Shown here piece after piece: positions 1-8,983 of a DNA stretch of 64,000 nucleotides. Below the pieces are notes generated by a model. That model ran no database searches, was not told the origin of the DNA, and saw nothing but the letters and a program-made list of their open reading frames with translations. Position 1 is the first letter of the stretch, and every line of letters begins with the position of its first letter. Location of the stretch: positions 1-64,000 of IMG/VR virus record IMGVR_UViG_3300027313_000002, one strand, 5' to 3'. This DNA is from a virus. Position numbers and translations under genes: made by a program.

Positions 1-300
1 GGCGTTCATCGCCTGCGCCGCGTACAGCGCGTAATCCTCAGCCGTGGCGATGTCGTCCACCCATTCCCCGCCGCTCTTGCGCGGCGTGCGGACGGTGCCG
101 GAATACTGCAGGTGCGGCATCGCAGACGGGCGCTCCGGTGTCCGCACGTGCATGTCGCCGTGCGGCCTCGTTGTCGTGCTCATGTGCCTGTCCCTTCGAG
201 TAGGGCCCGGCAGGTCTCGCAGGGCGTGGCCTGCGAGCAGCCGGGCGTGATGTTGCATGTCACGGTGACCGTGATGGCCACCAGGTCCTTGCGCGGCCAG

Positions 301-825
301 TCAGGCATCAGAGCCGCCGTAGGGCCGGCCTGCCTGGTTTTCCCACTCCTCCCGGTATGCGCCGAGCAGGGCCAGGCGCCGCTGCAGGTTCTCGTTGCCG
401 GTGCCGCCGGTCTCGCCGAGCGCGGTCATCAGGTCCGCCGAGCCGGCGTCGGCGAGGTCGCCGAACGGCGCGACCTCAGCCCGGCCGTGGCGCCGGCCCA
501 GCGTGCGGGCGCCGTCCTCGGTGCCCTCGCCGCGCCGTTTCGCGCATGACGGATGCTGGCATTTCCCTCCGATCGCCACCGGGTGAAGGTCCTCCTCGCA
601 CATGGTGTACGTGCCGGGGGCATACCACTCCGCGCCCCACCTGGCACCATTGACCGGCTCGCGGTCGATCCAGTCGACCTGGCCCCGCAGGCCATCCATG
701 GCCGCCGCCTCATCGCGGCTGACCGGCCAGGTGACCGGCGTCCCGTTGCAGGTGCCGACCAGCGTGCCCCACTCACGGCCCTTCTTGACCTTGAGCCTGC
801 GGCCCTTGTACGTCTCGGTGAGCAT
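301..825 (-). CDS. Hypothetical phage protein
   Basis: 174-aa ORF with phage-like composition, co-oriented in the first cassette. Confidence 0.7.
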   Translation of the reverse strand: MLTETYKGRRLKVKKGREWGTLVGTCNGTPVTWPVSRDEAAAMDGLRGQVDWIDREPVNGARWGAEWYAPGTYTMCEEDLHPVAIGGKCQHPSCAKRRGEGTEDGARTLGRRHGRAEVAPFGDLADAGSADLMTALGETGGTGNENLQRRLALLGAYREEWENQAGRPYGGSDA

Positions 826-828
826 GCC

Positions 829-969
829 TCAGCCCTCCCTCAGCTCACGGGCGATGGCCCGGCGGCGCAGCTCGCCCTTCGGCGTGCGCCTGCGGTGGAT
901 GCCCGCCGCGCCGGACCGGCGCAGCTCGTACAGCTGCCGTCCGCGCCCGGTGCCTGCTCGCTTGCTCAT
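829..969 (-). CDS. Small basic protein (46 aa, MSKRAGTGRGRQLYELRRSGAAGIH...), not in the ORF track
   Basis: First ATG after the 990-1031 promoter, preceded by RBS GGGAGAGG; stop codon lies just upstream of the next gene. Confidence 0.7.
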   Translation of the reverse strand: MSKRAGTGRGRQLYELRRSGAAGIHRRRTPKGELRRRAIARELREG

Positions 970-989
970 GTGCCTCTCCCTGCGACTGC

Positions 990-1031
990 TTGACTTGAGT
1001 CAAGTCTATGGCCTGGGCGCCGCGATGTCAA
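990..1031 (-). promoter_or_regulatory. SigA-type promoter TTGACA-N17-TAGACT with operator (990-1003) over +1
   Basis: Read directly: -35 at 1026-1031, -10 at 1003-1008, operator TTGACTTGAGTCAA on the plus strand. Confidence 0.9.
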
Positions 1032-1176
1032 CCAGGGTGCCCGGCCTGGCCGGCGAGTGCCGCTTACAGCCGGTCGCGCCGCGAGGCGGCCACCATCAGC
1101 GCCATCACGAACACGCCGATCGCCGCGCCCATGAACAGGCCGCCAAGGCCGGCCAGCAACGGCACGAGCCACGTCA

Positions 1177-2199
1177 TCACAGCGCCACCTCCTGGCGGAC
1201 GGGCTCGACCCCGGCCGCACGCAGCTCGCCCTCGGGAATGAACTGGGCGCCCTGCTGCACCAGGCAGCCCGGGAACTTCTCATCGCGCAGCGCCAGCATC
1301 CGGTCGCGGTCGCGGTGCCCGCCGCTGACCAGCTCGCGGCCGTCGGCAGACACGATCCACCAGCGCTCGGCTGCGTCGGCCACGGTCAGGATCACGGTGG
1401 CGTACAGCCGCTTGTCGTCCTGGTCCAGGCGCGCGCCGTCGGGACGGACGCTGACGAGGGCGTAATCCCACCGGTCATCCCCGCGGCGGTGCGGCTCGGA
1501 CCCCTGCATCACGCCCAGCGAGGTGGCGGCCTGGCCGAGGCCCGCGCCGCCGCACAGCCACACCCGGGTACCCGGGCGGGCCAGCAGCGCCAGCTTGGCC
1601 AGCTTGGGGTCGTCGCCGTGCTGCTCGCGCAGCAGCTCGACCTCGGCCAGGAATCCGGCGGCGCGGATGCGCTGCTCGGTCTCGCGGACCGCGAACCCGG
1701 CCCGGCGGCACAGCTCCAGCATCGCCTGCTCGCGCCGTGCCGCGGCCTCGTGCAGCGCGATGGCGTCGGCCAGCTCCAGCTGCGCCACCCACAGCTCGCC
1801 GGACATGCCAGGCCCGTGGGGCTCGACGATGTCGAAGTTGAAGTCCTGGCGGTGCGACGGGCTGATGTGCCGGCCCTGCTGGTCGCTGCGCAGCATCCGG
1901 GTGCGGAACGCCTTGAGGGGGCGCAGCGCCCGCTTGTACTCCTCCGCGGTCGCGCTGCCCTCACCCGGGCGCCCGGTCACCATGGCGCGCATGATCATGT
2001 TCTGCAGCCCGGCCGCCGCGTCAGACGGCTTGCGCCAGTAAGGCCAGCCGTCGCTGTTCGCGTTGGTCATGTCCACCAGGTTCGCCATGGTGCGGGCCGC
2101 GGGGCCGAGCACCGGGTGCAGCTGGAACCTGTCCCAGGCCTCCTGGACGTCGCTCTCGTTCATGCCGCGGTAGTAAGCGCGGCGGGTCTGTCGGGCCAT
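1177..2199 (-). CDS. Hypothetical protein (340 aa, start MARQTRRAYY)
   Basis: RBS AGGGAGG upstream of the ATG at 2199, downstream of a promoter. Confidence 0.75.
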   Translation of the reverse strand: MARQTRRAYYRGMNESDVQEAWDRFQLHPVLGPAARTMANLVDMTNANSDGWPYWRKPSDAAAGLQNMIMRAMVTGRPGEGSATAEEYKRALRPLKAFRTRMLRSDQQGRHISPSHRQDFNFDIVEPHGPGMSGELWVAQLELADAIALHEAAARREQAMLELCRRAGFAVRETEQRIRAAGFLAEVELLREQHGDDPKLAKLALLARPGTRVWLCGGAGLGQAATSLGVMQGSEPHRRGDDRWDYALVSVRPDGARLDQDDKRLYATVILTVADAAERWWIVSADGRELVSGGHRDRDRMLALRDEKFPGCLVQQGAQFIPEGELRAAGVEPVRQEVAL

Positions 2200-2224
2200 T
2201 AGCTCTGTGCCTCCCTGTGAGTGA

Positions 2225-2259
2225 TTGACTTGAGTAAAGCCTAGCACCGGGGCCTGACA
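2225..2259 (-). promoter_or_regulatory. Promoter TGTCAG-N10-TAGGCT (PafBC/RecA-NDp-like) with degenerate operator 2225-2238
   Basis: -10 at 2238-2243; TGTCAG at 2254-2259; no TTGAC -35 at the canonical spacing. Confidence 0.6.
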
Positions 2260-2282
2260 TTCCGGCAGGCCCGCCCTCGTGC

Positions 2283-2630
2283 TCAGGCCTCGCGGCAGGC
2301 GACCGCCGGCCGCTTCGGCGGGTAGCCGTCGGCGCACGTCACGGTGTAGACGAACGCACCGTCGCCCGCGTCCGCGCTCATGATGCCCAGGCTGATGAAG
2401 TCCAGCGGCTGGCCGTCATGGGCGTACTCGCCGGCCTGCCAGACCACGAACTTGGCGGCCAGGTAGGACGGGTCATTGAACCGGGTGTCGCTGGTCTGTG
2501 CCTCGACGGCGGCAAAGAACCTGTCCAGGTCGGGCAGCACGCCCTCCGGATAGCCGTTGCTGTGGCGGTAGATGTTGGCCTCGACCTCGCCGCGCTCGTC
2601 GGCGAAGTGGATGTTGCACCTCGTGCTCAT
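2283..2630 (-). CDS. Conserved phage hypothetical protein (MSTR...IYRHSNGYP type)
   Basis: RBS AGGGAGG; N-terminal STR and Y-x-H-x-[DN]-G-Y-P motif common in phage early proteins. Confidence 0.75.
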   Translation of the reverse strand: MSTRCNIHFADERGEVEANIYRHSNGYPEGVLPDLDRFFAAVEAQTSDTRFNDPSYLAAKFVVWQAGEYAHDGQPLDFISLGIMSADAGDGAFVYTVTCADGYPPKRPAVACREA

Positions 2631-2658
2631 GATGGTCTGTGCCTCCCTGTGATTGGTC

Positions 2659-2721
2659 TTGACTTGAGTCAAGTCTACTCGCGGGCTAGACGCGAGTCAA
2701 GCAGGGCGCCCGGCCTGGTCA
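2659..2721 (-). repeat. 63-bp direct repeat copy 1: promoter TTGACT-N17-TAGACT plus operator
   Basis: Identical to 4138-4200. Confidence 0.95.
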
Positions 2722-4106
2722 CTCGCTCGCGTTGCCCCGGCCATGCGCCAGCGCGGCCCGGATGTCCGGCCGCAACTCGGCCTTGAGCACCGGGAACGGG
2801 TCCATGGGCACGTCCAGGGGCTGGAACAGGTAGTGCCGGGACGAGCCGGTGGTGAGCACCCGGAACCGGGACCAGCGGCCCTGCACCACGGCCACGTACT
2901 GCTTAGCCTGGCACTCGGGCCGGAACCTCACGGCTCCACCTTCCGCAGGTTAGCCGCCGAGACTTCCCACTCGCCGTCGTTCAGGATGGCCTGCACCGGC
3001 CCGCCGCCCAGGTCGACTAGCTCGGCCACGACCAGCGGGGGGTCCATGCCCCCGGTCCTGTAGGTCCCGTCCTGCTGCCGCCACGCCTCATTCTCGTAGA
3101 CCACGTGGTCGCCCGGCTTGATGGTCCCCTTGGCCCCGGTGAACCCGCGCAGCACCCTGGGCGCGTCCGGGTCGCCCGCGTCGGTGGCGTAGTACCTGCT
3201 CAACGGTGCTCGCCCCCCGCGGCCTCAGCGCGCTCGGCCTCGCGGCGCCACGCGTCCCCGGCCGGCTTCTCGCTCGCGCAGGCCAGCCAGGCCAGCCGAT
3301 CGTCCTGCGGCATGGGCAGCTCGGGCCCGTTCCAGTGCGACATCGCGGTCGCGGCGGCCAGCGCCAGCGTGGCGTGCACCTGGGCCGCCTGGCGCTGCCG
3401 GTCCGTTTCTGCCAGCAGCCGGCCCTGCTCGCCGGCCGCAGCCAGCAGCCGCTCGGCCTCGGCGTAGTGCTCGGGGCCGGTCATGACGCACCGTCCACCA
3501 GGTCGTCGAGGCGATCCAGCGAGATGCCGGGCTCCAGCACGGCCAGCGTCCGGGTCACCTGCTCCAGCACGGCCTTGCCGGTGCCCGGGTGCAACCTGAG
3601 GTACAGCACCGGGTACTGCGCCATCAGCTCGCCACGGTCCTCGGACGGCAGCCGGTTCATCAGCCAGGTGACCAGGGTGACCAGCTCGCCCTGGGTCAGG
3701 TTACCGGGCCGGAAGCTCACGTGCCCGCCTCCTCGTGCCAGGGCAGCTGCATGTCCGCCGCCATGTGCGCCACCGGGATGCCGTCTTCCTCCAGGGCCTC
3801 CAGGGTGTCATAACCGTAGCCGGCGACCCGGGCCAGCACCCGGGCCCGGATGACCTCGTTGTCGATCCACTCGACCAGCCAGCCGTCGTCGGCCTCCCAG
3901 CCGAACGTGCCCTCGGGCAGCTCGGGGCTGGCGGCGTAGAAGGTCCCGTGCCGGAACGGCCCGGTCCAGGTGATCCGCCCGGCCAGCGGGCGGGGGGCGT
4001 TGGCGATCAGCCAGCCCTCGGGGACCTCGGGCCGGTCCAGGCCCGGGCGGCCGGGCACGCTCGCCTCGGCGGCCCAGTCCGCGGTATTGACCAGGATAGC
4101 CTGCAT
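2719..4106 (-). CDS. Cassette of five small overlapping hypothetical genes (2719-2931, 2928-3203, 3200-3484, 3481-3720, 3717-4106)
   Basis: Consecutive 4-nt start/stop overlaps; bounded by the two 63-bp repeats. Confidence 0.75.
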
Positions 4107-4137
4107 GTGCTCGGCGCCTCCCTGTACTCGGGGTTCA

Positions 4138-4200
4138 TTGACTTGAGTCAAGTCTACTCGCGGGCTAGACGCGAGTCAAGCAGGGCGCCCGGCCTGGTCA
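4138..4200 (-). repeat. 63-bp direct repeat copy 2: promoter plus operator
   Basis: Identical to 2659-2721. Confidence 0.95.
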
Positions 4201-4773
4201 GTCCCGGTGCGGGGAATGCCACGGACCGGGGTCCGGCGGGGGCGGCGGCATCCGCGCGGCCAGCTGCGCGGCCAGGTGCTCGATGGTGCGGGCCAGCTCG
4301 GCGTTGCCGGTCACGATGCCCTCGATGCGCTCCAGCATGATGTCGCGCCCGCGCTCGGCCGAGGCGCGGGAGTCGGTGACGGCCAGGGCGATGCCGTCGG
4401 CGGTCACCTGGCCCTCCAGCACGTGCCGGGTCAGCTCGGTGTTCTGCTGCAGCAGGTCCCGGGCCAGGGCGCCCACCCTGGCCGTGTCCTCGGTCAGCTC
4501 GGTGTTGCGGGCCAGCAGCTCGGCCTGGGCCCGGGCCTGCCGGTCGCCCAGCGCCTGGGTCTTGTTCCCGATCCAGGTCAGCAGCGGCAGCGCGAACAGC
4601 TGCACCCACCCGCTGCCGTAATAGAACACCTTGGCCTGCACCGCGGCCGGGAACAGCGGAGCGACCAGCGGGATGACGAAGAACGCCCAGACGGTCCAGA
4701 CGAAGCCGAACACCAGCGCCAGCTTGACGGCCAGCCACTCGCTGCCGTCGCTGACGGCGCGCCACCAGCTCAC
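4198..4773 (-). CDS. Membrane protein with C-terminal coiled coil (DUF1003-like)
   Basis: GTG start overlapping the upstream stop; two hydrophobic segments, WVQLFALPLL motif, then a heptad-like tail. Confidence 0.6.
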   Translation of the reverse strand: MSWWRAVSDGSEWLAVKLALVFGFVWTVWAFFVIPLVAPLFPAAVQAKVFYYGSGWVQLFALPLLTWIGNKTQALGDRQARAQAELLARNTELTEDTARVGALARDLLQQNTELTRHVLEGQVTADGIALAVTDSRASAERGRDIMLERIEGIVTGNAELARTIEHLAAQLAARMPPPPPDPGPWHSPHRD

Positions 4774-4919
4774 GGGTAGGCCCGGGTGCCGCACACGGGC
4801 GGGCCGAGGTGCACCCGGACGCAGGCGTAGCCGTCCGGGCGAGGCGCCAGGACCAGCAGCAGCACGGTGCCGGCCGCGACCACGGCCAGCACGGCCGCGC
4901 TGAACGCCCGGGCACCCAT
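4770..4919 (-). CDS. Small membrane-anchored or secreted peptide, 49 aa with two Cys (MGARAFSAAVLAVVAAGTVLLLVLAPRPDGYACVRVHLGPPVCGTRAYP)
   Basis: Hand translation; stop overlaps the next start (GTGA). Confidence 0.6.
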   Translation of the reverse strand: MGARAFSAAVLAVVAAGTVLLLVLAPRPDGYACVRVHLGPPVCGTRAYP

Positions 4920-4947
4920 GCCTGTGTACTTCGGCACCGGGGGTGTA

Positions 4948-4976
4948 TTGACGGTACGTAGCCACGCGAGTACGTT
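4948..4976 (+). promoter_or_regulatory. SigA-type promoter TTGACG-N17-TACGTT for the peptide gene
   Basis: Read directly; no TTGACnnnnGTCAA operator. Confidence 0.7.
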
Positions 4977-5011
4977 CTGTTATTAAGCGCCGCCGGACCG
5001 GAAGGATGCCC

Positions 5012-5167
5012 ATGACCAGGAACCTGCGCCGCCTCGGTGCCGCCCTCGCCATCCTCGGCGGCGTGCTCGCCGCGTCCGGGGGCACCGCCGCCGCGGCCTC
5101 CGCGGTCACCTGGCACGCCCCCGCGGCCCCGCACGGCATCGCCCCCGACGTCACCTGGGGCGGCTGA
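5012..5167 (+). CDS. Secreted pro-peptide, 51 aa (signal peptide + AVTWHAPAAPHGIAPDVTWGG)
   Basis: Own promoter, RBS GAAGGA, GC3-rich codons, classical n/h/c signal regions. Confidence 0.75.
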   Translation: MTRNLRRLGAALAILGGVLAASGGTAAAASAVTWHAPAAPHGIAPDVTWGG

Positions 5168-5172
5168 GCCCC

Positions 5173-5586
5173 TTACCCGGGGCCGAGGCCGGACCGGCGG
5201 CTGGCCGGGCGCACCTGGCTCAGCGGCACCTGGTAGCTGGACGTCACGCCCTCGGGGACGACCCGGGCGGTGAACTCGGTCCCGGCGTCCAGGCCGGCGA
5301 ACGTGCCGCGGCGGGTGACGCCGCCCTCGCCGAACTGGTACTCGACCGGCTGGCCGGGCTCAGGCCAGCCCGCGGCGTCCAGCTGGGCCAGCGCGGTCAG
5401 CACCGCGGCGGCCGAGTCCTCGTAGCTCCAGCCGGGATGACGGACCCCGGCGGCGGCCAGCGCGGCGGCCACCTCCCGCGTGCCCGGCGGCGGGCCCTTG
5501 ACCAGATGCAGAACGGGCCGGGCCGGCGTCATGCCGGTGCTGTCGCTCAATGCGCCTCCCTGTCCCGGAACAGTCACGGGTTGCAC
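5173..5586 (-). CDS. Hypothetical protein
   Basis: ORF directly downstream of the 5598-5623 promoter/operator. Confidence 0.6.
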   Translation of the reverse strand: MQPVTVPGQGGALSDSTGMTPARPVLHLVKGPPPGTREVAAALAAAGVRHPGWSYEDSAAAVLTALAQLDAAGWPEPGQPVEYQFGEGGVTRRGTFAGLDAGTEFTARVVPEGVTSSYQVPLSQVRPASRRSGLGPG

Positions 5587-5597
5587 GGATCCCCCAG

Positions 5598-5623
5598 CCT
5601 ACCGGCTCGTTGACTCCGGTCAA
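5598..5623 (-). promoter_or_regulatory. Promoter TTGACC-N16-TAGGCT with operator TTGACTCCGGTCAA (5610-5623) on the -35
   Basis: Read directly. Confidence 0.75.
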
Positions 5624-5631
5624 AGACGACA

Positions 5632-5664
5632 CGCAGCCCCGGGCCGCCACGACCCGGGGCTGCG
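5632..5664 (-). terminator. Stem-loop (12-bp stem) downstream of the 5683-6288 gene
   Basis: cgcagccccggg ... cccggggctgcg. Confidence 0.6.
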
Positions 5665-5682
5665 CTCTCCTCTCGTGCTAGG

Positions 5683-6288
5683 TCAGCGCTCGGCCTTGAC
5701 CGGGTACAGCGCGGCCCAGGTGCTGCCCGCGGGCACGGCCTGGGAGCCGTCCTGGCTCCAGGTGCCGGCCAGCTGGCCCTTGATCTCGCCCCGGTGGTGC
5801 CGCGGCTGCGGCAGCACCTTGACGGTGCCGGTGAAGGTCCGGTTGCCCTGCACCGAGCCGGCCGGGTAGCTGACGGTGAACTTCACCGTGGCCGTGCCGT
5901 CCCGGTTCTCGGTGACGCTGCCGTCCTTGATCCGCATGACCAGCAGCTTGTCCTGGCCCGTGGTGAGCAGGTAGTACTTCGCGTCGGTCAGGTAGCCGCG
6001 CAGTGCGTAGACCTGGCCGGGCCGGTGACCGCGCAGCATGAACGCCGACTGGCTGAACCGGACCTGATAGGTCCAGGTCTGGCCGGCGAACGGCAGCGAG
6101 ATCTCGTTGCGCCCGGACAGGTCCCACTTCTGGGCCTGCTGGTAGCGCACTTGCGTGACGGCAGCCGGGTGAACGGCTGCCGTGGCGGTGGCCGCGCTGG
6201 CGGCCGGGGCGGCGAGCGACGCGCCGAGGACGGCGGCGGCGCCCGCTGCTGACAGGGCTATGATGGCCCTGCGCATGAGGTGTGGCAT
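5683..6288 (-). CDS. Secreted beta-rich protein
   Basis: N-terminal RR plus Ala-rich hydrophobic signal peptide. Confidence 0.75.
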   Translation of the reverse strand: MPHLMRRAIIALSAAGAAAVLGASLAAPAASAATATAAVHPAAVTQVRYQQAQKWDLSGRNEISLPFAGQTWTYQVRFSQSAFMLRGHRPGQVYALRGYLTDAKYYLLTTGQDKLLVMRIKDGSVTENRDGTATVKFTVSYPAGSVQGNRTFTGTVKVLPQPRHHRGEIKGQLAGTWSQDGSQAVPAGSTWAALYPVKAER

Positions 6289-6324
6289 GGTTGTTTCTCC
6301 CTTCTCGTGCCTGCCTCTTGTGGG

Positions 6325-6354
6325 GTACCGGGCCCGGGTTAGCGGGCCCGGTAC
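6325..6354 (-). terminator. Stem-loop after the DUF4190 gene
   Basis: gtaccgggcccg ... cgggcccggtac. Confidence 0.55.
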
Positions 6355-6368
6355 GTCTGGGGGCCGGG

Positions 6369-6686
6369 TCAGGACCCGGCGGCCGGGCCGTGCATCGCCG
6401 CGGCGATGACCGCGATCATGACGATGACGGCCAGGATGGTGAGCGCCCAGCCGATCCAGGTGGCCGCGACGGCCAGGCCGGACCGGCGGCGGCCCGCGCG
6501 GGCGGACTCGCGGTTGGACACGTGGCCGAGGATGGCGCCGGCCAGCGGCGCGATGAAGGCCGCGAGGAACGCGATGACGGCCAGGGCGTTGTGAACCGGC
6601 GGGGCCAGCGCGGCCTTGTCGTACTCGCGCCGTAGCCAGGCCGGGTCGCCGGGCTCGGGGCCCGGGATGTCAGGGGTGTTGCTCAT
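6369..6686 (-). CDS. DUF4190-family two-TM membrane protein
   Basis: NALAVIAF...GAILGHVS...GRRRSGLAVAATWIGW pattern. Confidence 0.75.
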   Translation of the reverse strand: MSNTPDIPGPEPGDPAWLRREYDKAALAPPVHNALAVIAFLAAFIAPLAGAILGHVSNRESARAGRRRSGLAVAATWIGWALTILAVIVMIAVIAAAMHGPAAGS

Positions 6687-6739
6687 GATGGATCCGGCGC
6701 CTCCCTGTGATCAGCGCCGCGCGGCCTCATGCCCGCGGC

Positions 6740-6781
6740 TTAACTACAGTCAAGGCTACCGGGAGGTTTAACCAGTGTCAA
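6740..6781 (-). promoter_or_regulatory. Promoter TTGACA-N17-TAGCCT with degenerate operator 6740-6753
   Basis: Read directly. Confidence 0.8.
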
Positions 6782-6800
6782 ATGGGACGGCTAACCGCCG

Positions 6801-7447
6801 TTAGACGGGCCGGGCACTGGGGAAGTGATGACGGCCGACGGCGCGGCCGAGGTCGGTCAGGGCATACCGGTCCCGGGTACCCTCGACCTCGCGCCCGGGA
6901 CCGGGCACCCGGCAGGAGGTGACCAGGCCGCGGGCGGCCAGGCTGCGCAGCAGGCGCCTGGTCTCGCCGGGCGTGCTGTAGGTCCAGCCGTCACCCGGCC
7001 AGTAGCTCTCGTGCCAGCCGTGGTGGCGGCCGAGCAGGCAGCCGAGCAGCGCGACCTGGTGCGCGCCGAGCCGCTCGCAGGCCCGGGCGATGTCCTGGTC
7101 GGTGACCGCGGTCATGACGGCGCCCCGGCCCTGGCGCGCTCGCGCACCTGGCCGAACAGCTCCTCGAAGCTGTCAGGGCCCTGCTCGGCCTCCCACACGG
7201 CGTTCAGGCCGTCCTTCGCGGTCAGCCAGCCGCGCAGCTGCCGCTCCAGCAGCACACCGTCACGGACCTCAGCGGGCTGGGCCCAGTAGTGGGCCATGAA
7301 CGCGTAGGCGACCACGGCCACCGGCCAGTCGAACCCCTGGTCAGCCTTGTTCTCTTCCCAGAACTGCATGTCTCGTGCCATCCCTTCGCTCGGTACTACG
7401 GACGGACGCGGCGCTCCCGCGGTACCGGGCCGCTGTTTACCTGGCAC
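6801..7447 (-). CDS. Two hypothetical genes (6801-7115; 7112-~7368/7447)
   Basis: Overlapping ORFs; the first has a winged-helix-like C-terminus; start of the second uncertain. Confidence 0.6.
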
Positions 7448-7553
7448 GCGGGCCAGGCATTGCGAACGACCTCCCAGACGACATCACCTAGAACCCGGGA
7501 CCTGCTCGGCTCCCGGCCCCCGGCCCGGCCGTGGTGTCTGTAACGCGCCGCGC

Positions 7554-7700
7554 CTCCACATCACCCCGGCCCTGGCGGGCTGCTTCCCTGACCTGGCTCG
7601 GCCCGGGTGCCCCGCAGGCTCCTTGGTCCGTCGGCCGGGTCTGGGTGCCCGATGCCTTCTCCGGGGGGAGTCCCGCCAGGAACGGGGTGATGTGGAGTTA
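7554..7700 (-). ncRNA. Candidate ~145-nt structured ncRNA (long terminal stem)
   Basis: 15-bp perfect inverted repeat 7554-7568/7683-7697 plus a 9-bp inner stem, starting at the predicted +1 of the 7708-7736 promoter; no credible ORF. Confidence 0.6.
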
Positions 7701-7707
7701 GGGCTCC

Positions 7708-7736
7708 AGCCTACCACGATACTTGACTAGAGTCAA
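7708..7736 (-). promoter_or_regulatory. Promoter TTGACT-N17-TAGGCT with operator TTGACTAGAGTCAA (7723-7736)
   Basis: Read directly. Confidence 0.85.
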
Positions 7737-8802
7737 ATCCAGGCGGGGCGCCCTGGCTGGCCGGAGCGCTCGGCGACAGACTCGGCGACGGGCCCGGCGG
7801 CGCTGTCGTACCGGTCATGCCCGGGCTCGGCGCAGGGCGGGCCGGAGCGGCGGCCGGGACCGCGCTCGGGCTGGCCGCGGGGGAGGTGCACGCCGCCGGG
7901 AGCATGGCCGGGGCGGCCCGGGCGTGCCGGCCGCCGCTCATGCGAGGTCCCGCGAGCGGGGGTGCGGGCACCGCGAGGGCGGGCCGGGACACGGCCGGGG
8001 CCGCGGGGGCCCCCGGCGGCGTGGCATAGGGGAGGGTGACCAGCGTCAGCCCGGCCGCGGCGGCCACCCCGGCGCCGAGCGCGGCCGGGTGCAGCCGGGT
8101 CAGGAACCGGCGGGCGGCCAGCAGCAGCGCGGCCGGGCCGAGCAGCTCGCGCATCCGGGCGTTCAGCCCGGCCAGCTCGGCGGCCTGCGCCCGGCAGCCG
8201 GGGCACCCGGCCAGGTGCGCGTCCAGGGCGGCCCGCCTGGACCGGGCCAGCCGGCCTCTCGTGGCGGCGCCGAGGTCCGCGGCGTACCGGCGGCAGGGCC
8301 CGGGCACCGGGCCCACGTGAGCCTGCAACCAGGCGCGGCGCAGCCCCTCGCGGGCCCGCGCGGCCAGCTGCGCCACGGCGGCCGGGCTCATGCCCCAGCG
8401 CCCGGCCAGCTCGGCCGGGCCGTGCCCCTCGACGGCGGTCGCCCACAGCACCGCGCGCCAGCGCTCGGGCAGCGCGGCGAACGCGGCCAGCACCCGCATG
8501 GCCTCCTCGGCCCGGGCGGCCTCCTCGTCCGCGCCGGGCGCGGGCGGCGGTTCCGGGGCGGGCTCCGGAACCGCCCGGAGCCGGTGCTTGCCGGCCGACC
8601 GGCGCGCCTCGTGGCGCATCACGGTCATGAGGTAGGGCCGGAACCGCTCCGGGCGCCCGCCCCGGCGCACCGCCGCGGTGATCCTGGCGAACGACTCGGC
8701 CACCAGGTCCTCCGCATCGTCGCGGGGGACCAGGCAGGCGGCCAGCCGGCGCGCGCCGGGCGCGTGCTCGGCATACAGCCCGGCCAGGTCCGGCGATGCC
8801 AT
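7711..8802 (-). CDS. ECF-type sigma-70 factor fused to a zf-HC2 anti-sigma zinc finger, TM helix and Pro-rich tail
   Basis: Region 2 DAEDLVAESF...FRPYL; region 4 LPERWRAVLW...AREGLR; HLAGCPGC (HxxxCxxC). Confidence 0.9.
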   Translation of the reverse strand: MASPDLAGLYAEHAPGARRLAACLVPRDDAEDLVAESFARITAAVRRGGRPERFRPYLMTVMRHEARRSAGKHRLRAVPEPAPEPPPAPGADEEAARAEEAMRVLAAFAALPERWRAVLWATAVEGHGPAELAGRWGMSPAAVAQLAARAREGLRRAWLQAHVGPVPGPCRRYAADLGAATRGRLARSRRAALDAHLAGCPGCRAQAAELAGLNARMRELLGPAALLLAARRFLTRLHPAALGAGVAAAAGLTLVTLPYATPPGAPAAPAVSRPALAVPAPPLAGPRMSGGRHARAAPAMLPAACTSPAASPSAVPAAAPARPAPSPGMTGTTAPPGPSPSLSPSAPASQGAPPGFDSSQVSW

Positions 8803-8983
8803 CAGGTCATGGTAGGGCCGGGGGCCCGGCCGCCGCAGGCGAAGGGGAATTATCCCGCCGGGACGGTGCCTACCCAGTCGTAGTCGGCGGCCAGCCGGGC
8901 GCTGATGCCGTCCTCGACCTGCAGCCGCGCCGCCTCCTCGTCATCGGCCTCGACGTAGAAGGCCATGTCCACCCGGTACCGGC

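Noticed and set aside
7578-7600. SRP (ffs) RNA similarity, CAGGTCAGG...AAGCAGC on the minus strand
   Set aside because: The GNRA-capped hairpin required between these segments is missing; kept only as an unclassified ncRNA candidate
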